Shown: piece by piece, positions 39,531-49,921 of the stretch
Layout of the letters: each line of letters begins with the position of its first letter
Numbering within the stretch: the first letter of the stretch is position 1
Source of the DNA: Candidatus Thorarchaeota archaeon
Lineage (GTDB): Archaea; Asgardarchaeota; Thorarchaeia; Thorarchaeales; Thorarchaeaceae
Assembly (NCBI GenBank): GCA_011364985.1
Contig: RDOC01000005.1
Coordinates: forward strand, 32,001-96,000
Reading direction: 5' to 3'
Length of the DNA: 64,000 nucleotides
Translations under genes and position numbers: made by a program
The notes under the pieces: generated by a model
What the model was told of the DNA's origin: nothing
Seen by the model: only the letters and a program-made list of their open reading frames with translations
Database searches by the model: none

Positions 39531-40549
39531 CACTGATTGGAATAGAAGCAATTGGAACCTACATACCTTCAGAGAGACACACAGCTGAGTATATCTCTGA
39601 GCAGTCTGGAACTCCTGTGAATATCATTAAGACAAAGATGGGAATGTTAAGTAAATCAGTACCTGGGCCTGATGACCACACTGTAGCTATGGGAGTAAAA
39701 GCGGCAAAAATCGCAGTTGAGAGAGCTGGTATTGATCCGACTACGGATATTGACCTAGTGATTTGGGCTGGAGAAGTGTATGCGGAGCACCCGATGCAAA
39801 CCTATGCAATCAAGTTTCAGAACGAAGTCGGAGCCGAAAAGGCGTGGGCCTTCGATGTCAATCAACGATGCGGCACTGTTGTAGTGGCAATGATTCTCGC
39901 GAAGTCCTTGATGCAAACACAGGGATACAAGCGTGTGTTGATTGGTAGTGGATATAGAAACTGTGACCTAATCGACTACTCGAATGTTCGTACAAGATTC
40001 ATGTATGACTTGGCAGCAAGTGGCGTTGCCATGATTCTTCGAAATGATTACCCGCAGAATGTAGTTCTTGAGGGTAGTGTCATCTCAGATGGCAGATTCT
40101 CAGAGGATGTATACGTTCCCGCGGGTGGAACTGTCATGCCGATTTCATGTGAAGCAATAGAGAGAAAATTACAGTACCTTGACGTAACTGATCCAGTGAG
40201 ACTAAAAGAGCGACTAGATGAACTCTCGATGACCAATTTCCTCAAAGTGATAGACGACTCCCTAGAGAGAAGCGGTTTCAAGAGAGAGAATATTGACTAT
40301 CTTGGTCTTATTAGGATGAAAAGAAGTGCGTTTGAATATGTGGCGAACGAACTTGGGGTTCATCCCTATCATCAGTCCACCTACTTTGAGGAATGGGGCC
40401 ATATGGGCCAGAACGACTCAATTATCTCTCTTGAAGAAGGTCTGAAGAGTGGTAAGATAAGAGGTGGGGATGTTGTTGTGCTCACTGCCGCAGGAATTGG
40501 CTGGTCATGGAATGCTATGACAATAAGATGGGGAACTATGGGAGAATGA
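39527..40549 (+). CDS. FabH-like condensing enzyme (3-oxoacyl synthase III family)
   Basis: Catalytic Cys in QRCGT; GHMGQND and AAGIG motifs. Confidence 0.88.
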   Translation: MTLIGIEAIGTYIPSERHTAEYISEQSGTPVNIIKTKMGMLSKSVPGPDDHTVAMGVKAAKIAVERAGIDPTTDIDLVIWAGEVYAEHPMQTYAIKFQNEVGAEKAWAFDVNQRCGTVVVAMILAKSLMQTQGYKRVLIGSGYRNCDLIDYSNVRTRFMYDLAASGVAMILRNDYPQNVVLEGSVISDGRFSEDVYVPAGGTVMPISCEAIERKLQYLDVTDPVRLKERLDELSMTNFLKVIDDSLERSGFKRENIDYLGLIRMKRSAFEYVANELGVHPYHQSTYFEEWGHMGQNDSIISLEEGLKSGKIRGGDVVVLTAAGIGWSWNAMTIRWGTMGE

Positions 40550-40974
40550 AAAAAACAGAAATGACAAGATACTTTGACCTGTCAATTGGGCAGTATGCTG
40601 AAGTAGTTCACACAGTAACTGAGGAAGACATCAAGGTATTCGGGGACCTGAGTGGAGATTACAACCCCTTGCACTTCAATGAGAATTGGGCGCGGACAAC
40701 GATGTTCAAGGGAAGAATCGCCCATGGCATATTGACCGCAGCCTATATCAGTGCTGCAATTGGGATGAAACTGCCGGGTCCCGGTACGATATATCTTAGC
40801 CAGAGCATGAAATTCCTTTATCCAGTACGGATTGGGGACACAATCACTGCTCGAGTAGAAATCATTGCTTTGAATGATGAAAAGCAGCAGGTGACTTTGA
40901 AGACTATATGTACAAACCAGAATCTGAATGTCGTCCTCGATGGAGAGGCATTGATTATGCTTATGAGGCAGTAA
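40546..40974 (+). CDS. MaoC/PhaJ (R)-specific enoyl-CoA hydratase
   Basis: SGDYNPLH..IAHG..PGPG..FLYPVRIGD; ATGA overlap at 40546. Confidence 0.93.
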   Translation: MKKTEMTRYFDLSIGQYAEVVHTVTEEDIKVFGDLSGDYNPLHFNENWARTTMFKGRIAHGILTAAYISAAIGMKLPGPGTIYLSQSMKFLYPVRIGDTITARVEIIALNDEKQQVTLKTICTNQNLNVVLDGEALIMLMRQ

Positions 40975-41075
40975 ACTGCTGCAAATGCCCAGTGTGGTAC
41001 AATCTGAAGCATCCAAATCAGTACCAAAACGCACAACAGCAACAGACAGATGAAGCAGTATGGAGATTTGACAAC

Positions 41076-41681
41076 TTGGAAGTGGTGAAAAAGATTGCTT
41101 ATTTTGCTGAGCGTCATATGATCAGTGAGACCAGAAGTGCCCACGAATTTGAGCACGTTAAACGAGTATATGGTATCGCGATGAGCATTGGAAACAAGAT
41201 TGGTGCAGATCTCAAAATATTGAGTGCTGCTGCCCTCTTACATGACATAGGAAGGTCAAAGGAGGAGAAGTACGGAATTTCTCATTCAATCCTTTCAGGT
41301 GAGATGAGTGAAGAGATACTTCGTAACGTGGGATATGACGATGATGAGATAGCGCGCGTAAAGACAGTGATTAGAACTCATAGGTATAGTGAGGACCTTC
41401 ATCCCACATCACTAGAAGGAGAGATTCTCAGTGATGCAGACAAGCTTGATGCATTGGGTGCCATTGGGATATTCAGAGGAATTGCCCAAGCAACTGTATG
41501 TAAATCAGGTATTGAGGGATTCCTGAAGCATTCAGATGAGAAACTGCTTAAGCTTCATGAGTTGATGCATACTGAAGAGGCCAAAGAACTGGCAGAAAGA
41601 AGACACGCCATTATCGCCAGTTTTGTAAAAGAACTCAGAAATGAATTGAAGCAAGCATCACGGATTTCTTTCCATGAGTAG
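41076..41681 (+). CDS. HD-domain phosphohydrolase
   Basis: HEFEHVKRV, LLHDIG, DADKLDALGAIG. Likely TTG start at 41076. Confidence 0.92.
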   Translation: MEVVKKIAYFAERHMISETRSAHEFEHVKRVYGIAMSIGNKIGADLKILSAAALLHDIGRSKEEKYGISHSILSGEMSEEILRNVGYDDDEIARVKTVIRTHRYSEDLHPTSLEGEILSDADKLDALGAIGIFRGIAQATVCKSGIEGFLKHSDEKLLKLHELMHTEEAKELAERRHAIIASFVKELRNELKQASRISFHE

Positions 41682-42245
41682 TTCAAGATACGACTTCCGA
41701 ATGGATGGTGAACCATCAAGCCCAAGTCTCTTTAAGATCGCAAAGATATCATCTCGAGCTGATTCTATCTTAGATTCGTCAAAGACGAGTCGTTCCAGCT
41801 CCAGAAATGTACCAACATCAATCACATCATCAATGCTAATTGAAATATCATTGATCTTGTAGAAAGATCGATTCTTGATGATTCTTGCCACCTCCTTGAA
41901 TCCCAAGTGTCCAAGTAGTAGTTCGGCATTGTTCTCATCTTCAAGTCCAATAGAGATCTCAGTTCTTGTCTTGGAGATTAAATCGAGCTTGGAACCCTTG
42001 TAGGTCATCTCTTTAAGCGGTCCAAAGTAAGGCATCTCAACATGAGCATTCGAATGCGGTGTTCTGACCCTTATTCGAAGCGCTTCATCTGTTTCCGAAA
42101 AAGACTTGCAGGGATGGTCATAGTAGGTGTCTATTTGCCTCTCCACGTTGGTCTTCCGAGCACCAATATCAGCCAAGGCGAGTCTGATTTTCTCAGGGTC
42201 ATCAATAGCTATTTTCACTTCTACTTCAACAGGTAGTTGGCTCAT
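41658..42245 (-). CDS. cyaB: CYTH domain / class IV adenylate cyclase-like protein
   Basis: EVEVK, DTYY, LRIR, FLELE, KSYLEL. Confidence 0.9.
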   Translation of the reverse strand: MSQLPVEVEVKIAIDDPEKIRLALADIGARKTNVERQIDTYYDHPCKSFSETDEALRIRVRTPHSNAHVEMPYFGPLKEMTYKGSKLDLISKTRTEISIGLEDENNAELLLGHLGFKEVARIIKNRSFYKINDISISIDDVIDVGTFLELERLVFDESKIESARDDIFAILKRLGLDGSPSIRKSYLELLMERNP

Positions 42246-42360
42246 CTGAGTAGCGCCCCTAAGTTATCGTCAATACAACGTTCAAGTTAGGTCTTTTCTT
42301 TATTTCCGAAGGATTTTGAAGAGCCACAATTCACATAACAGCTAGCAATTCATTGGTACA

Positions 42361-43620
42361 GTGTGCGTCAAGGTGTCACGAGTAAAGTCTTTCAAATGTG
42401 CAAAATGCCAAAACGAATATACTGAGGATACTGTACCACCAAATGATGGATGTGGAGGGCGGATTGATATCGAGTTTGACTTGGAGGTTGCCAAGGAGCA
42501 CTTCAGCAGAGAAAGCCTAGAGAGAAGCAGGGGAGGCCTCTGGAAGTACTTCGAGTTGATGCCCCTCAGACGTCGCCGCAACATTGTGACTCTTGGAGAA
42601 GGAAACACGCCCTTAATCAAGACCGCAGCCCTCGGTCAAGAGATGGGTCTGAAGGACTTATACTTGAAGTTAGAGACCATGTGCCCATCCGGCTCTTTCA
42701 AAGACCGTCCAATTTGTGTGGGCGTTAGTCGAGCGAGTGAAGATGGTGCAAAAACCGTTGTAGCAGCTTCTTCAGGAAATGCAGCAGCTTCGATGTCGAC
42801 CTACGCAGCAAGAGCTGGTTTGAGAGCTGTGGTGTTCGTTCCTGACGATGCTCCGTCGGAAAAGCTAATTCATCTAAGGACACTTGGAGCAGAGGTATTT
42901 AGGATTAAGAAAGCCACTAGGGGTATTGACTCCACTACAACCCTGCTACAAGCAGCCTGTGAAAAGCTCGGATGGACACCCACACCATCTTTCGGCCCAT
43001 TCAACTGCTTCCAGTTTGAAGGTACAAAATCACTTGGCTATGAGATAGCAGAGCAGAGGAACTGGAGTGTCCCCAACTGGATCCTCTTTCCCACTGGTAG
43101 CGGAGGGCTTATGGCAGGCTCCATGAAGGGGTTGTGGGAGTTCCGGGAGATGGGTCTTATAGATAGTCTTCCGAAGGGAGTGGTTGTTCAACCTGATGGT
43201 TGCTCCCCAATTGTAAGGGCTTTCAAGGAAGGCCACGACCCGTTAGATATTCAACCTTGGGACTCGAATGAAACCGTTGCAGGAGGTCTAGCGGATCCGT
43301 TCCCGTGGGATGGCGACGCATCGTTGAAGTATCTTCGATTGTCCCATGGCCACGCTGTTTCTGTACCGGACGCTGAAATCGAACGGCATCTGGTCCTTCT
43401 AGGAAAGCTGGAAGGAGTGTTTGCAGAACCAAGCGGTGTAGCAGCCTTGGCTGGTCTAAGGCAGCTCTTGGATGAAGGAATGATTGACAGGTCGGACAGC
43501 GTTGTGGTACCGATAACGGGAATAGGATTCAAAGACCTTTCAACTCCGGACAGACTTACACCCTCAGTGAAACTGATTAGTCCTAATGTTGAGGAACTGA
43601 GGAAAGCCCTAAAGACCTGA
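42361..43620 (+). CDS. thrC: Threonine synthase-like PLP enzyme
   Basis: LGEGNTPL, PSGSFKDR, ASSGNAA, PTGSGG, EPSG. Confidence 0.85.
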   Translation: MCVKVSRVKSFKCAKCQNEYTEDTVPPNDGCGGRIDIEFDLEVAKEHFSRESLERSRGGLWKYFELMPLRRRRNIVTLGEGNTPLIKTAALGQEMGLKDLYLKLETMCPSGSFKDRPICVGVSRASEDGAKTVVAASSGNAAASMSTYAARAGLRAVVFVPDDAPSEKLIHLRTLGAEVFRIKKATRGIDSTTTLLQAACEKLGWTPTPSFGPFNCFQFEGTKSLGYEIAEQRNWSVPNWILFPTGSGGLMAGSMKGLWEFREMGLIDSLPKGVVVQPDGCSPIVRAFKEGHDPLDIQPWDSNETVAGGLADPFPWDGDASLKYLRLSHGHAVSVPDAEIERHLVLLGKLEGVFAEPSGVAALAGLRQLLDEGMIDRSDSVVVPITGIGFKDLSTPDRLTPSVKLISPNVEELRKALKT

Positions 43621-43635
43621 TAGACAGGTGATCGA

Positions 43636-44607
43636 ATGTCCATCAAGGAACATAGACAGAAGGCGAAAGATCTCGCCAAGGAATACGGATACTTGCCGTA
43701 CATGATTGAGAGATATCTAGCACTCTGGGGTCAAGATGAAACACTGGAGTTCCTCAAGGCATGTGAACGGCCAATTAGGACATCAATAAGGACAAATACG
43801 CTCAAGATAACCGTACAGGAACTGAAGGAAAGACTGGAGAAGAAAAACGTTTCATTGGAAGGTGTCCCTTGGATGAGAGAGAGCCTTTGGGCTGATTTTC
43901 GAAATGGATCTCCAGGCGCGTTCTTCGAACATATGCTTGGATTCTACTACGTGCAGAATGTACCATCGATGACAGCTAGTGCAGTGCTTGACCCCAAGCC
44001 GGGAGAAACCGTCGTTGACCTTGCAGCCGCGCCAGGCGGGAAGACCACTCATCTTGCACAACTAATGGAGAACACTGGTATGATCTTTGCCATTGAGTAT
44101 GACAGAAATAGAATTGCTAGCCTAGAGGCCAATATTCAGAGATGCGGTGTAACCAATACGATTGTAATGAGAGGAGATGCCAAGAAGCTGGATGAATTGC
44201 GCATTGAACCGGATAAAATCATGCTTGATGCGCCCTGTTCAGGCGAAGGCCTTATTCCCTTAGACTCTAACAGAAAAACCAGCAAGTCGATGGCTGACAT
44301 TCGTTTTTGTGCAACCCGAGAAGGAAACATGCTTGATGCTGCAGTCAGGTCATTAGCCCCTGGTGGAACAATGGTCTATTCAACGTGTTCCATAGCTCCT
44401 GAAGAGAATGAATATGTTGTGGATGATATCCTGCGAAGATATTCAGAGATTAATATAGTTCCAACGGATCTTGACTTTGGAATCTCTGGATATACTGAAC
44501 CTTATGGCGTTCATCTTGACAAGTCCTTATCGCTAGCAAGAAGATTTCTGCCGCATCTGCATGATTTCGAGGGATTCTTCATTTGCAGGCTAAGAAAGGA
44601 TACTTAA
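43636..44607 (+). CDS. NOL1/Nop2/Sun RNA m5C methyltransferase
   Basis: DLAAAPGGKT, DAPCSGEG, YSTCS..PEENE. Confidence 0.95.
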   Translation: MSIKEHRQKAKDLAKEYGYLPYMIERYLALWGQDETLEFLKACERPIRTSIRTNTLKITVQELKERLEKKNVSLEGVPWMRESLWADFRNGSPGAFFEHMLGFYYVQNVPSMTASAVLDPKPGETVVDLAAAPGGKTTHLAQLMENTGMIFAIEYDRNRIASLEANIQRCGVTNTIVMRGDAKKLDELRIEPDKIMLDAPCSGEGLIPLDSNRKTSKSMADIRFCATREGNMLDAAVRSLAPGGTMVYSTCSIAPEENEYVVDDILRRYSEINIVPTDLDFGISGYTEPYGVHLDKSLSLARRFLPHLHDFEGFFICRLRKDT

Positions 44608-44692
44608 CTGAGTGATTTAATGAATGAAGTATTTCCCTTAAATGGAAACAATGGTGAATCTTATATAAAGAGTGAAACGGAGTGCCAAGTAG

Positions 44693-45466
44693 TTGACCAC
44701 CAGGATCGTAGATATCAATACAAAAGGGCTATCGAAGTCCTTTGGTAGCATTGTAGCGTTGAAAGACCTCAATCTTGAAGTGAATAAGGGGAGCATCTTT
44801 GGATACCTTGGGCCAAACGGTGCAGGAAAAACAACGACTGTACGAATACTGTCTGGGCTTTTGAAAGCAAGCAGTGGCAATGCAACAGTGTGTGGTTTTA
44901 ATGTGAACTCCCAGAGGGATGAGATAAAGGCTGTCACGGGATTGCTACCGGAGGCTCCAGGATTGTACTCAAAGCTATCAGCTGTGGAATTCCTAGAGTT
45001 CATAGGTGCTCTGAATGATCTCTCAGGCAGTACTCTCAAGAACAGAATAGACCGCCTAATGGGGATTCTCGGTCTGGAAGGGAGGCAGGATGATTTACTG
45101 GAGAGCTACAGCTCGGGTATGAAGCAGAAAGTCCTAGTTGCATCGACAATACTCCATGAACCTAGGCTTGTGTTTCTTGATGAGCCTACTTCCAGACTTG
45201 ACCCTGCAGCAAGTGCGCTTGTGAAAGAACTCATTCTAGCCATGGCAAAAGAAACTGAAACCACCTTCTTCATCTGTACGCACATGACTGATTTTGCAGA
45301 AGATGTCTGCGAGATTATCGGTATTCTGAATGAGGGCATTCTGACAGCACTTGGAGCACCACAGGGGATTATAGATGATGCACAGGCAAAGGACCTTGAA
45401 GAAGCATACCTAAAGATTGTTGGAGGAGAGGTTGACAGAGAATCACTCCTAAGCTGGAGGAAATAG
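44693..45466 (+). CDS. ABC transporter ATP-binding protein
   Basis: GPNGAGKTT, YSSGMKQK, FLDEP. Confidence 0.93.
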   Translation: MTTRIVDINTKGLSKSFGSIVALKDLNLEVNKGSIFGYLGPNGAGKTTTVRILSGLLKASSGNATVCGFNVNSQRDEIKAVTGLLPEAPGLYSKLSAVEFLEFIGALNDLSGSTLKNRIDRLMGILGLEGRQDDLLESYSSGMKQKVLVASTILHEPRLVFLDEPTSRLDPAASALVKELILAMAKETETTFFICTHMTDFAEDVCEIIGILNEGILTALGAPQGIIDDAQAKDLEEAYLKIVGGEVDRESLLSWRK

Positions 45467-45680
45467 TGTGGCTAGGAAATGACTTGCCGTGGCAAAGCCG
45501 AGTTCATGGTTCAGACTACCAGATTCCGCTCCTTCAGAAAAATGATACCTGTGATATGATCGGTAGTCACTGCAATAGAAGTCGGTATCTTTGGTCTGTT
45601 ATCGATAATAGTCTGAGACACATTACCAATAATCGGGCTGTTTGCTGTTGTTACTGACACATTGCGTCCGTCCCAGCTAG
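45466..45680 (+). pseudogene. Probable frameshifted, truncated permease N-terminus
   Basis: Across frames reads MWLGND/AVAK/AEFMVQTTRFRSFRKMIPVI* then hydrophobic fragments; coupled to the ATPase stop. Confidence 0.45.
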
Positions 45681-45741
45681 AGGCATGACTTCCGACATGT
45701 CCTTAAGATACAATTCCGCTATGTTATTGAAGCTGACAGTC

Positions 45742-46278
45742 ATGCCTATTGAGATGGTAGACTCCGTAGAATGGTCTGAGATCAGTAAACTGATTGATGG
45801 CGAATTTGGGGAGGGTGTCACAAAGAAACTGCTAGGAAAACGTGTTCCAATAACACTGCAGAAGAATGGTAAGCGTCAGTTCTTTCTTGTACCTGCAAAT
45901 TGGATGAAATTACTAGAAAAGATTGACCAATTCGAAATCAGTTCTCTAGGATTGAAAATGGGAGAATTGGTGAAAGAGAGATTTCGATTTAGTCTCCAAG
46001 CTCTTGATATCATTGCAAAGACCACAGACCACAAGGTCACCGTTTCAAGGAAAGGGGCTGAAGCCTTTACATACGGAAGAAGCATACTCAAGGAGTCCGT
46101 TCTGAATCTACAGCGTGGTCTTGAAAAAGGGAGCAGAGTTCTTGTGATTAGTGAAGAAGGCGACTGTCTTGGTGTTGGGTCATTAACTATAGATTCCAAT
46201 AAACTTGGCCGCCTTTCAAAGGACAAGCTGGTTGTTAAGAACATCACTGACGTAGGGGCGTACGTAAGAGGTGCCTAG
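45742..46278 (+). CDS. Nip7-like PUA-domain ribosome biogenesis protein
   Basis: SLGLKMG, AEAFTYGRSIL, DVGAYVR. Confidence 0.85.
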   Translation: MPIEMVDSVEWSEISKLIDGEFGEGVTKKLLGKRVPITLQKNGKRQFFLVPANWMKLLEKIDQFEISSLGLKMGELVKERFRFSLQALDIIAKTTDHKVTVSRKGAEAFTYGRSILKESVLNLQRGLEKGSRVLVISEEGDCLGVGSLTIDSNKLGRLSKDKLVVKNITDVGAYVRGA

Positions 46279-47030
46279 ACGAACATGTCAGTCGATCTGT
46301 CAGAAGACTCGATTGATTGCCGCATCTTCTCCAGACGCTCAATCTCACGAGACTCCTCAAGCAGCTGGTCAACATTGGCCTCTAGGCCATAGACCTCATT
46401 GATTTTCTCAAGCATTGTTGCAGCAGACTTTGGATCAGGTCGCCCACGAGCTGCGTATGTAAGAAGACCGATTGCCGCTGCATCACGCATCTCAAGCTCA
46501 GCGAGAAGCAGAGCGAGAGGCCCTGCAACGAAGAGGCCCTCTTCAAGAATAGGGACGGACCACTTGTCCAGAATCTGTCTATATGCAGTGGTGGGCACAC
46601 AACGCATTTCATCATCGTCTTCCTTGAAGCTTGCATCAAGGCCGCCGAGCAGAAGCGCCTCTTCGAATTTGTTCTCTACAATCCATTCCGCAAGTCTGTC
46701 AATCCAGCCCCATTGTTCAGAACTGTGGGGTTGGAATCTTGGTACGAGGAATACCATCCTTTGCTTCTTGTACCAGTACAGCTCAAAGGGTAGAACAAGT
46801 CGATCATTCTCCATGGAAACAAAAAGCGGCAACATATCGCTCTTGATGAAGCCTATTCTATCTGCCTCAAGAGCTCTGGCAAGATGAGCTGTACTAAGGA
46901 AGCCCACTTCACCAAGACCATGAAATCCGCAAACGAATGTTGAGCTAGGAGGAACCTTGAATCCTCCCTTTAGAATCACTTCGAATGTTGAATCTCGAGT
47001 TGCAACAAATGCCATTAGTTCATACCTCAA
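46275..47030 (-). CDS. PAC2 family proteasome assembly chaperone
   Basis: GFHGLGEVG, LLGGL, PDPKSAA, C-terminal DMFV. Confidence 0.88.
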   Translation of the reverse strand: MRYELMAFVATRDSTFEVILKGGFKVPPSSTFVCGFHGLGEVGFLSTAHLARALEADRIGFIKSDMLPLFVSMENDRLVLPFELYWYKKQRMVFLVPRFQPHSSEQWGWIDRLAEWIVENKFEEALLLGGLDASFKEDDDEMRCVPTTAYRQILDKWSVPILEEGLFVAGPLALLLAELEMRDAAAIGLLTYAARGRPDPKSAATMLEKINEVYGLEANVDQLLEESREIERLEKMRQSIESSDRSTDMFV

Positions 47031-47626
47031 CTGTCAACAAATCGACAATATTGTACGGTATCTGTTACTCGTGCAGAGGGCAGATTGCTTTTTACTCTAT
47101 GTATAACTCACTTCTTGTGAATCACAAGAGCAAGAAACCTCCATGTTCCGATCATCTGCTGCCAGTGTCACCACCTCTCGTATTCCATGGGATTGTGATG
47201 TCGCAGAGCAAGTAAACATGCAATATCCAACGAAGAATATGTGAGGGGTATGAAATTGCTTTGCTAGAACATTACAGACACTTATCAATATCAGACATCT
47301 GCTAGGAACACAGGAGTAGGAGTAAATCATGTCTTCCGAAGTGACTTAGGGAAAGGACATCGAATGATCCTATGACAATGATTGGATGTGTAGAGAGCCT
47401 AATGAGGACCATCCATCAATATAGTATGTGTTTGCATAAGATAAGCTAGAGACAGTCCCTCGTTGCACCACAAGTAAGGAAATGCCAAGCATGACAGAAA
47501 AAGAAAGGCTTTTTCGAATAAAGAGAGCTTGCTTGCAATTCTGAACGAATAATCCAATAATAGGAAAACCTAATAGGATACGATAGCTGTTCATTGGTTA
47601 TGCGCATTCAATAGGTGGGGATTGGA

Positions 47627-49846
47627 ATGAGCACACTTAAGGAACTGGAGTATGCACAGGTGTCTCCGCGGCTGCTTGAGATACTTAGGCGGCAGGGGCT
47701 TGCAAGACTCACAGAGTTCCAGTCCAATGCAATTGCGGCCGACCTGATGAGAGGAAAGAGCCAGATTCTGGTCACCTATGACTATGGTGAAGCATATCAG
47801 ATTGCTGAGATTGCGCTACTGAATCGGGTGTCTTCTGACTTCAGGACCCGAGCTATAGTGCTCTGTCCAAATCCACATCAAGCAGAAAGAGCACATTATT
47901 CGCTAGGGCAGAAGTGTAGGAAACTGGGAATAGATGTCACTCTGATTACAAGAAGAAGCATAGCCACCAGAGAAAGCCTGAAAACAGGACGGGTCACTAT
48001 TGCTACCTATAGATCTCTTGACATCGCTTTGAGAACAAATCCGGATATTGTTGAAGGCGTTGAATTCGTTCTAATCGATCGACTCGACCTTATAGGCCAG
48101 CCACGCCTTGGAGGAAGGCTGGAATCGGTATTAGTTGCGTTAATGGGAGAAGATAGGGCAGTACAGTACACAGCGATATGTCCGCCCGTAGCAGACATTG
48201 AAGACCTTGGAATCTGGCTCGGGGCTCAAATCATTGAGGACAAGAAGGCAGATGTGAAGAGAATATTCAGCGTCAAGGCCTTCGATACAGCCTCTGAATC
48301 ACTCACCGAGCTGACAGAGTTTGTGCATTATAGACGCGGTCAGGTGATGATACTCTGTGGGAATAACGAAAGCGCTGAATCTCTTGCTTTTCAACTCGCG
48401 GGCCTGTCTGAAACAAAAGAGAGCACTTCACTTGATCTCAGACTGAGCCCAGAACATCGTGATGATTTGCGGGATTTGTCTAGAGAGATAGTCAAATTCT
48501 ATCCGGATTGTGAGCAGACCAAGTTGCTTGCTAGGCTTGTATTAAGAGGAATAGCATTCTTCCACGAAGGCGTTTCCAAGTCACAGAGAAGGCAGCTCTC
48601 GGATGCTTGGGAGAAAGAGCTGTTGCCAGTGATTGTAATGCCCACTCGTTTCACAATTGCCAGTGGATTCAGAGCGACAGTTGTTTTACTTATTGGGGTG
48701 TTCATGCAGGAGTTCGGAGAGGAATTATCAGGGGAGGATGGAGTAACGATGTTATCTGAGTGGCAGCTTTGTGAGGTGCTTCATTCAGCAGGAAGGCGTG
48801 GCTTAGACAATGAGGGTTTCGGAATCGTGGTTGTTGATAAGGAATCCGAACGAGAAAGGGTCTTGGCAAAGTACTTTTCCCAAGATACAGATCGAAACAT
48901 TAGACCTCGTCTGAGTGAAGTCGACAGCGTCATGGACAATCCTGATAATATCCAAGATCTTGTGCTCGGGCGTCTTTGCGGAGGCTCGGAAGAGAATCAA
49001 GACCCCTTTTCAATTGTCAATCGTACTTTTTGGGCATCAGCCCATCGGGTTGTAGATGTTTCAAAAGAAAATGCGGGAAAGGTCGATGAATCACTGGTTG
49101 ATAGCTACATTTCAATGAGGACGACAAAGTCGACAGAGAATAGAGCAGAAGAGATACCTGATGAGAGTGTTAGGCTAGTATCGGTCAGCCCTGTAAAGAT
49201 AGAAGGACTTGTTCGCAGCGGCAGTCGTGAAATATGGCATTATGTTTCACTGAAGTCAACAGACGGAGTAGCCTGCTCATGCGAATCTTGGAAGTATCAA
49301 GGAATACGAAGACATCGGCTTTGTAAACATCTTGTGAAGTTCGCCAGATACTCACTTCGCGACAAGAAGACAAGACAGTATGCGGCTGGAGTTGTCACTC
49401 AGTCCTTAAGAAGTCTTGAGCTTCTGGGAGATCTGGAATCTGAAGGCCTGATTCGTAGAGCGGGCAAAGAAGTGTTTTGTACAGACCTAGGCAGAGATGT
49501 GACATACCTTGGCGTTCCCGTTCGAGACGCCCGAAGCATCATCAAGGAGATTGAAAGTGGAAAAGGAGATCTCAAAGCTGTGCTGCTTAGAGCCACTGCA
49601 GCGCGGTCAGGAATACCCAAGAGCCTAATATCACGAGTCTTGGAAAGACTACCTACGAAAAGCATGAACGTACTCATCGGTCATCGCGATGACTTGCCGG
49701 GAATTGTTGAGAATTGCCTTGAAGAGATTGATTATGTTATTGCTATCATTCTCAAACTTACAGAAAACAAGAGGCACGGACAAATTCGGAGAGAGGCTCA
49801 AGACTTGGGTAGGAATCTTGCTATGCTTATTGAGTCCAGCAGGTAA
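47627..49846 (+). CDS. Hel308/Ski2-like SF2 helicase homolog with degenerate motifs and a SWIM zinc finger
   Basis: LTEFQ (Q motif), GIAFFHEG, SAGRRGLD; CSC..W....LCKH SWIM; Walker A and B are lost. Confidence 0.8.
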   Translation: MSTLKELEYAQVSPRLLEILRRQGLARLTEFQSNAIAADLMRGKSQILVTYDYGEAYQIAEIALLNRVSSDFRTRAIVLCPNPHQAERAHYSLGQKCRKLGIDVTLITRRSIATRESLKTGRVTIATYRSLDIALRTNPDIVEGVEFVLIDRLDLIGQPRLGGRLESVLVALMGEDRAVQYTAICPPVADIEDLGIWLGAQIIEDKKADVKRIFSVKAFDTASESLTELTEFVHYRRGQVMILCGNNESAESLAFQLAGLSETKESTSLDLRLSPEHRDDLRDLSREIVKFYPDCEQTKLLARLVLRGIAFFHEGVSKSQRRQLSDAWEKELLPVIVMPTRFTIASGFRATVVLLIGVFMQEFGEELSGEDGVTMLSEWQLCEVLHSAGRRGLDNEGFGIVVVDKESERERVLAKYFSQDTDRNIRPRLSEVDSVMDNPDNIQDLVLGRLCGGSEENQDPFSIVNRTFWASAHRVVDVSKENAGKVDESLVDSYISMRTTKSTENRAEEIPDESVRLVSVSPVKIEGLVRSGSREIWHYVSLKSTDGVACSCESWKYQGIRRHRLCKHLVKFARYSLRDKKTRQYAAGVVTQSLRSLELLGDLESEGLIRRAGKEVFCTDLGRDVTYLGVPVRDARSIIKEIESGKGDLKAVLLRATAARSGIPKSLISRVLERLPTKSMNVLIGHRDDLPGIVENCLEEIDYVIAIILKLTENKRHGQIRREAQDLGRNLAMLIESSR

Positions 49847-49921
49847 GCTTTTTACGGGCATCTAATGGTCGAGGCCTATGTTCAGGACATCTTGCATGTC
49901 CCTTTCTGCGGTGATGTATTC

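Noticed and set aside
40908-41075. N-terminal extension of the HD protein
   Set aside because: Overlaps maoC and is not HD-like. TTG at 41076 has an upstream GGAGA.
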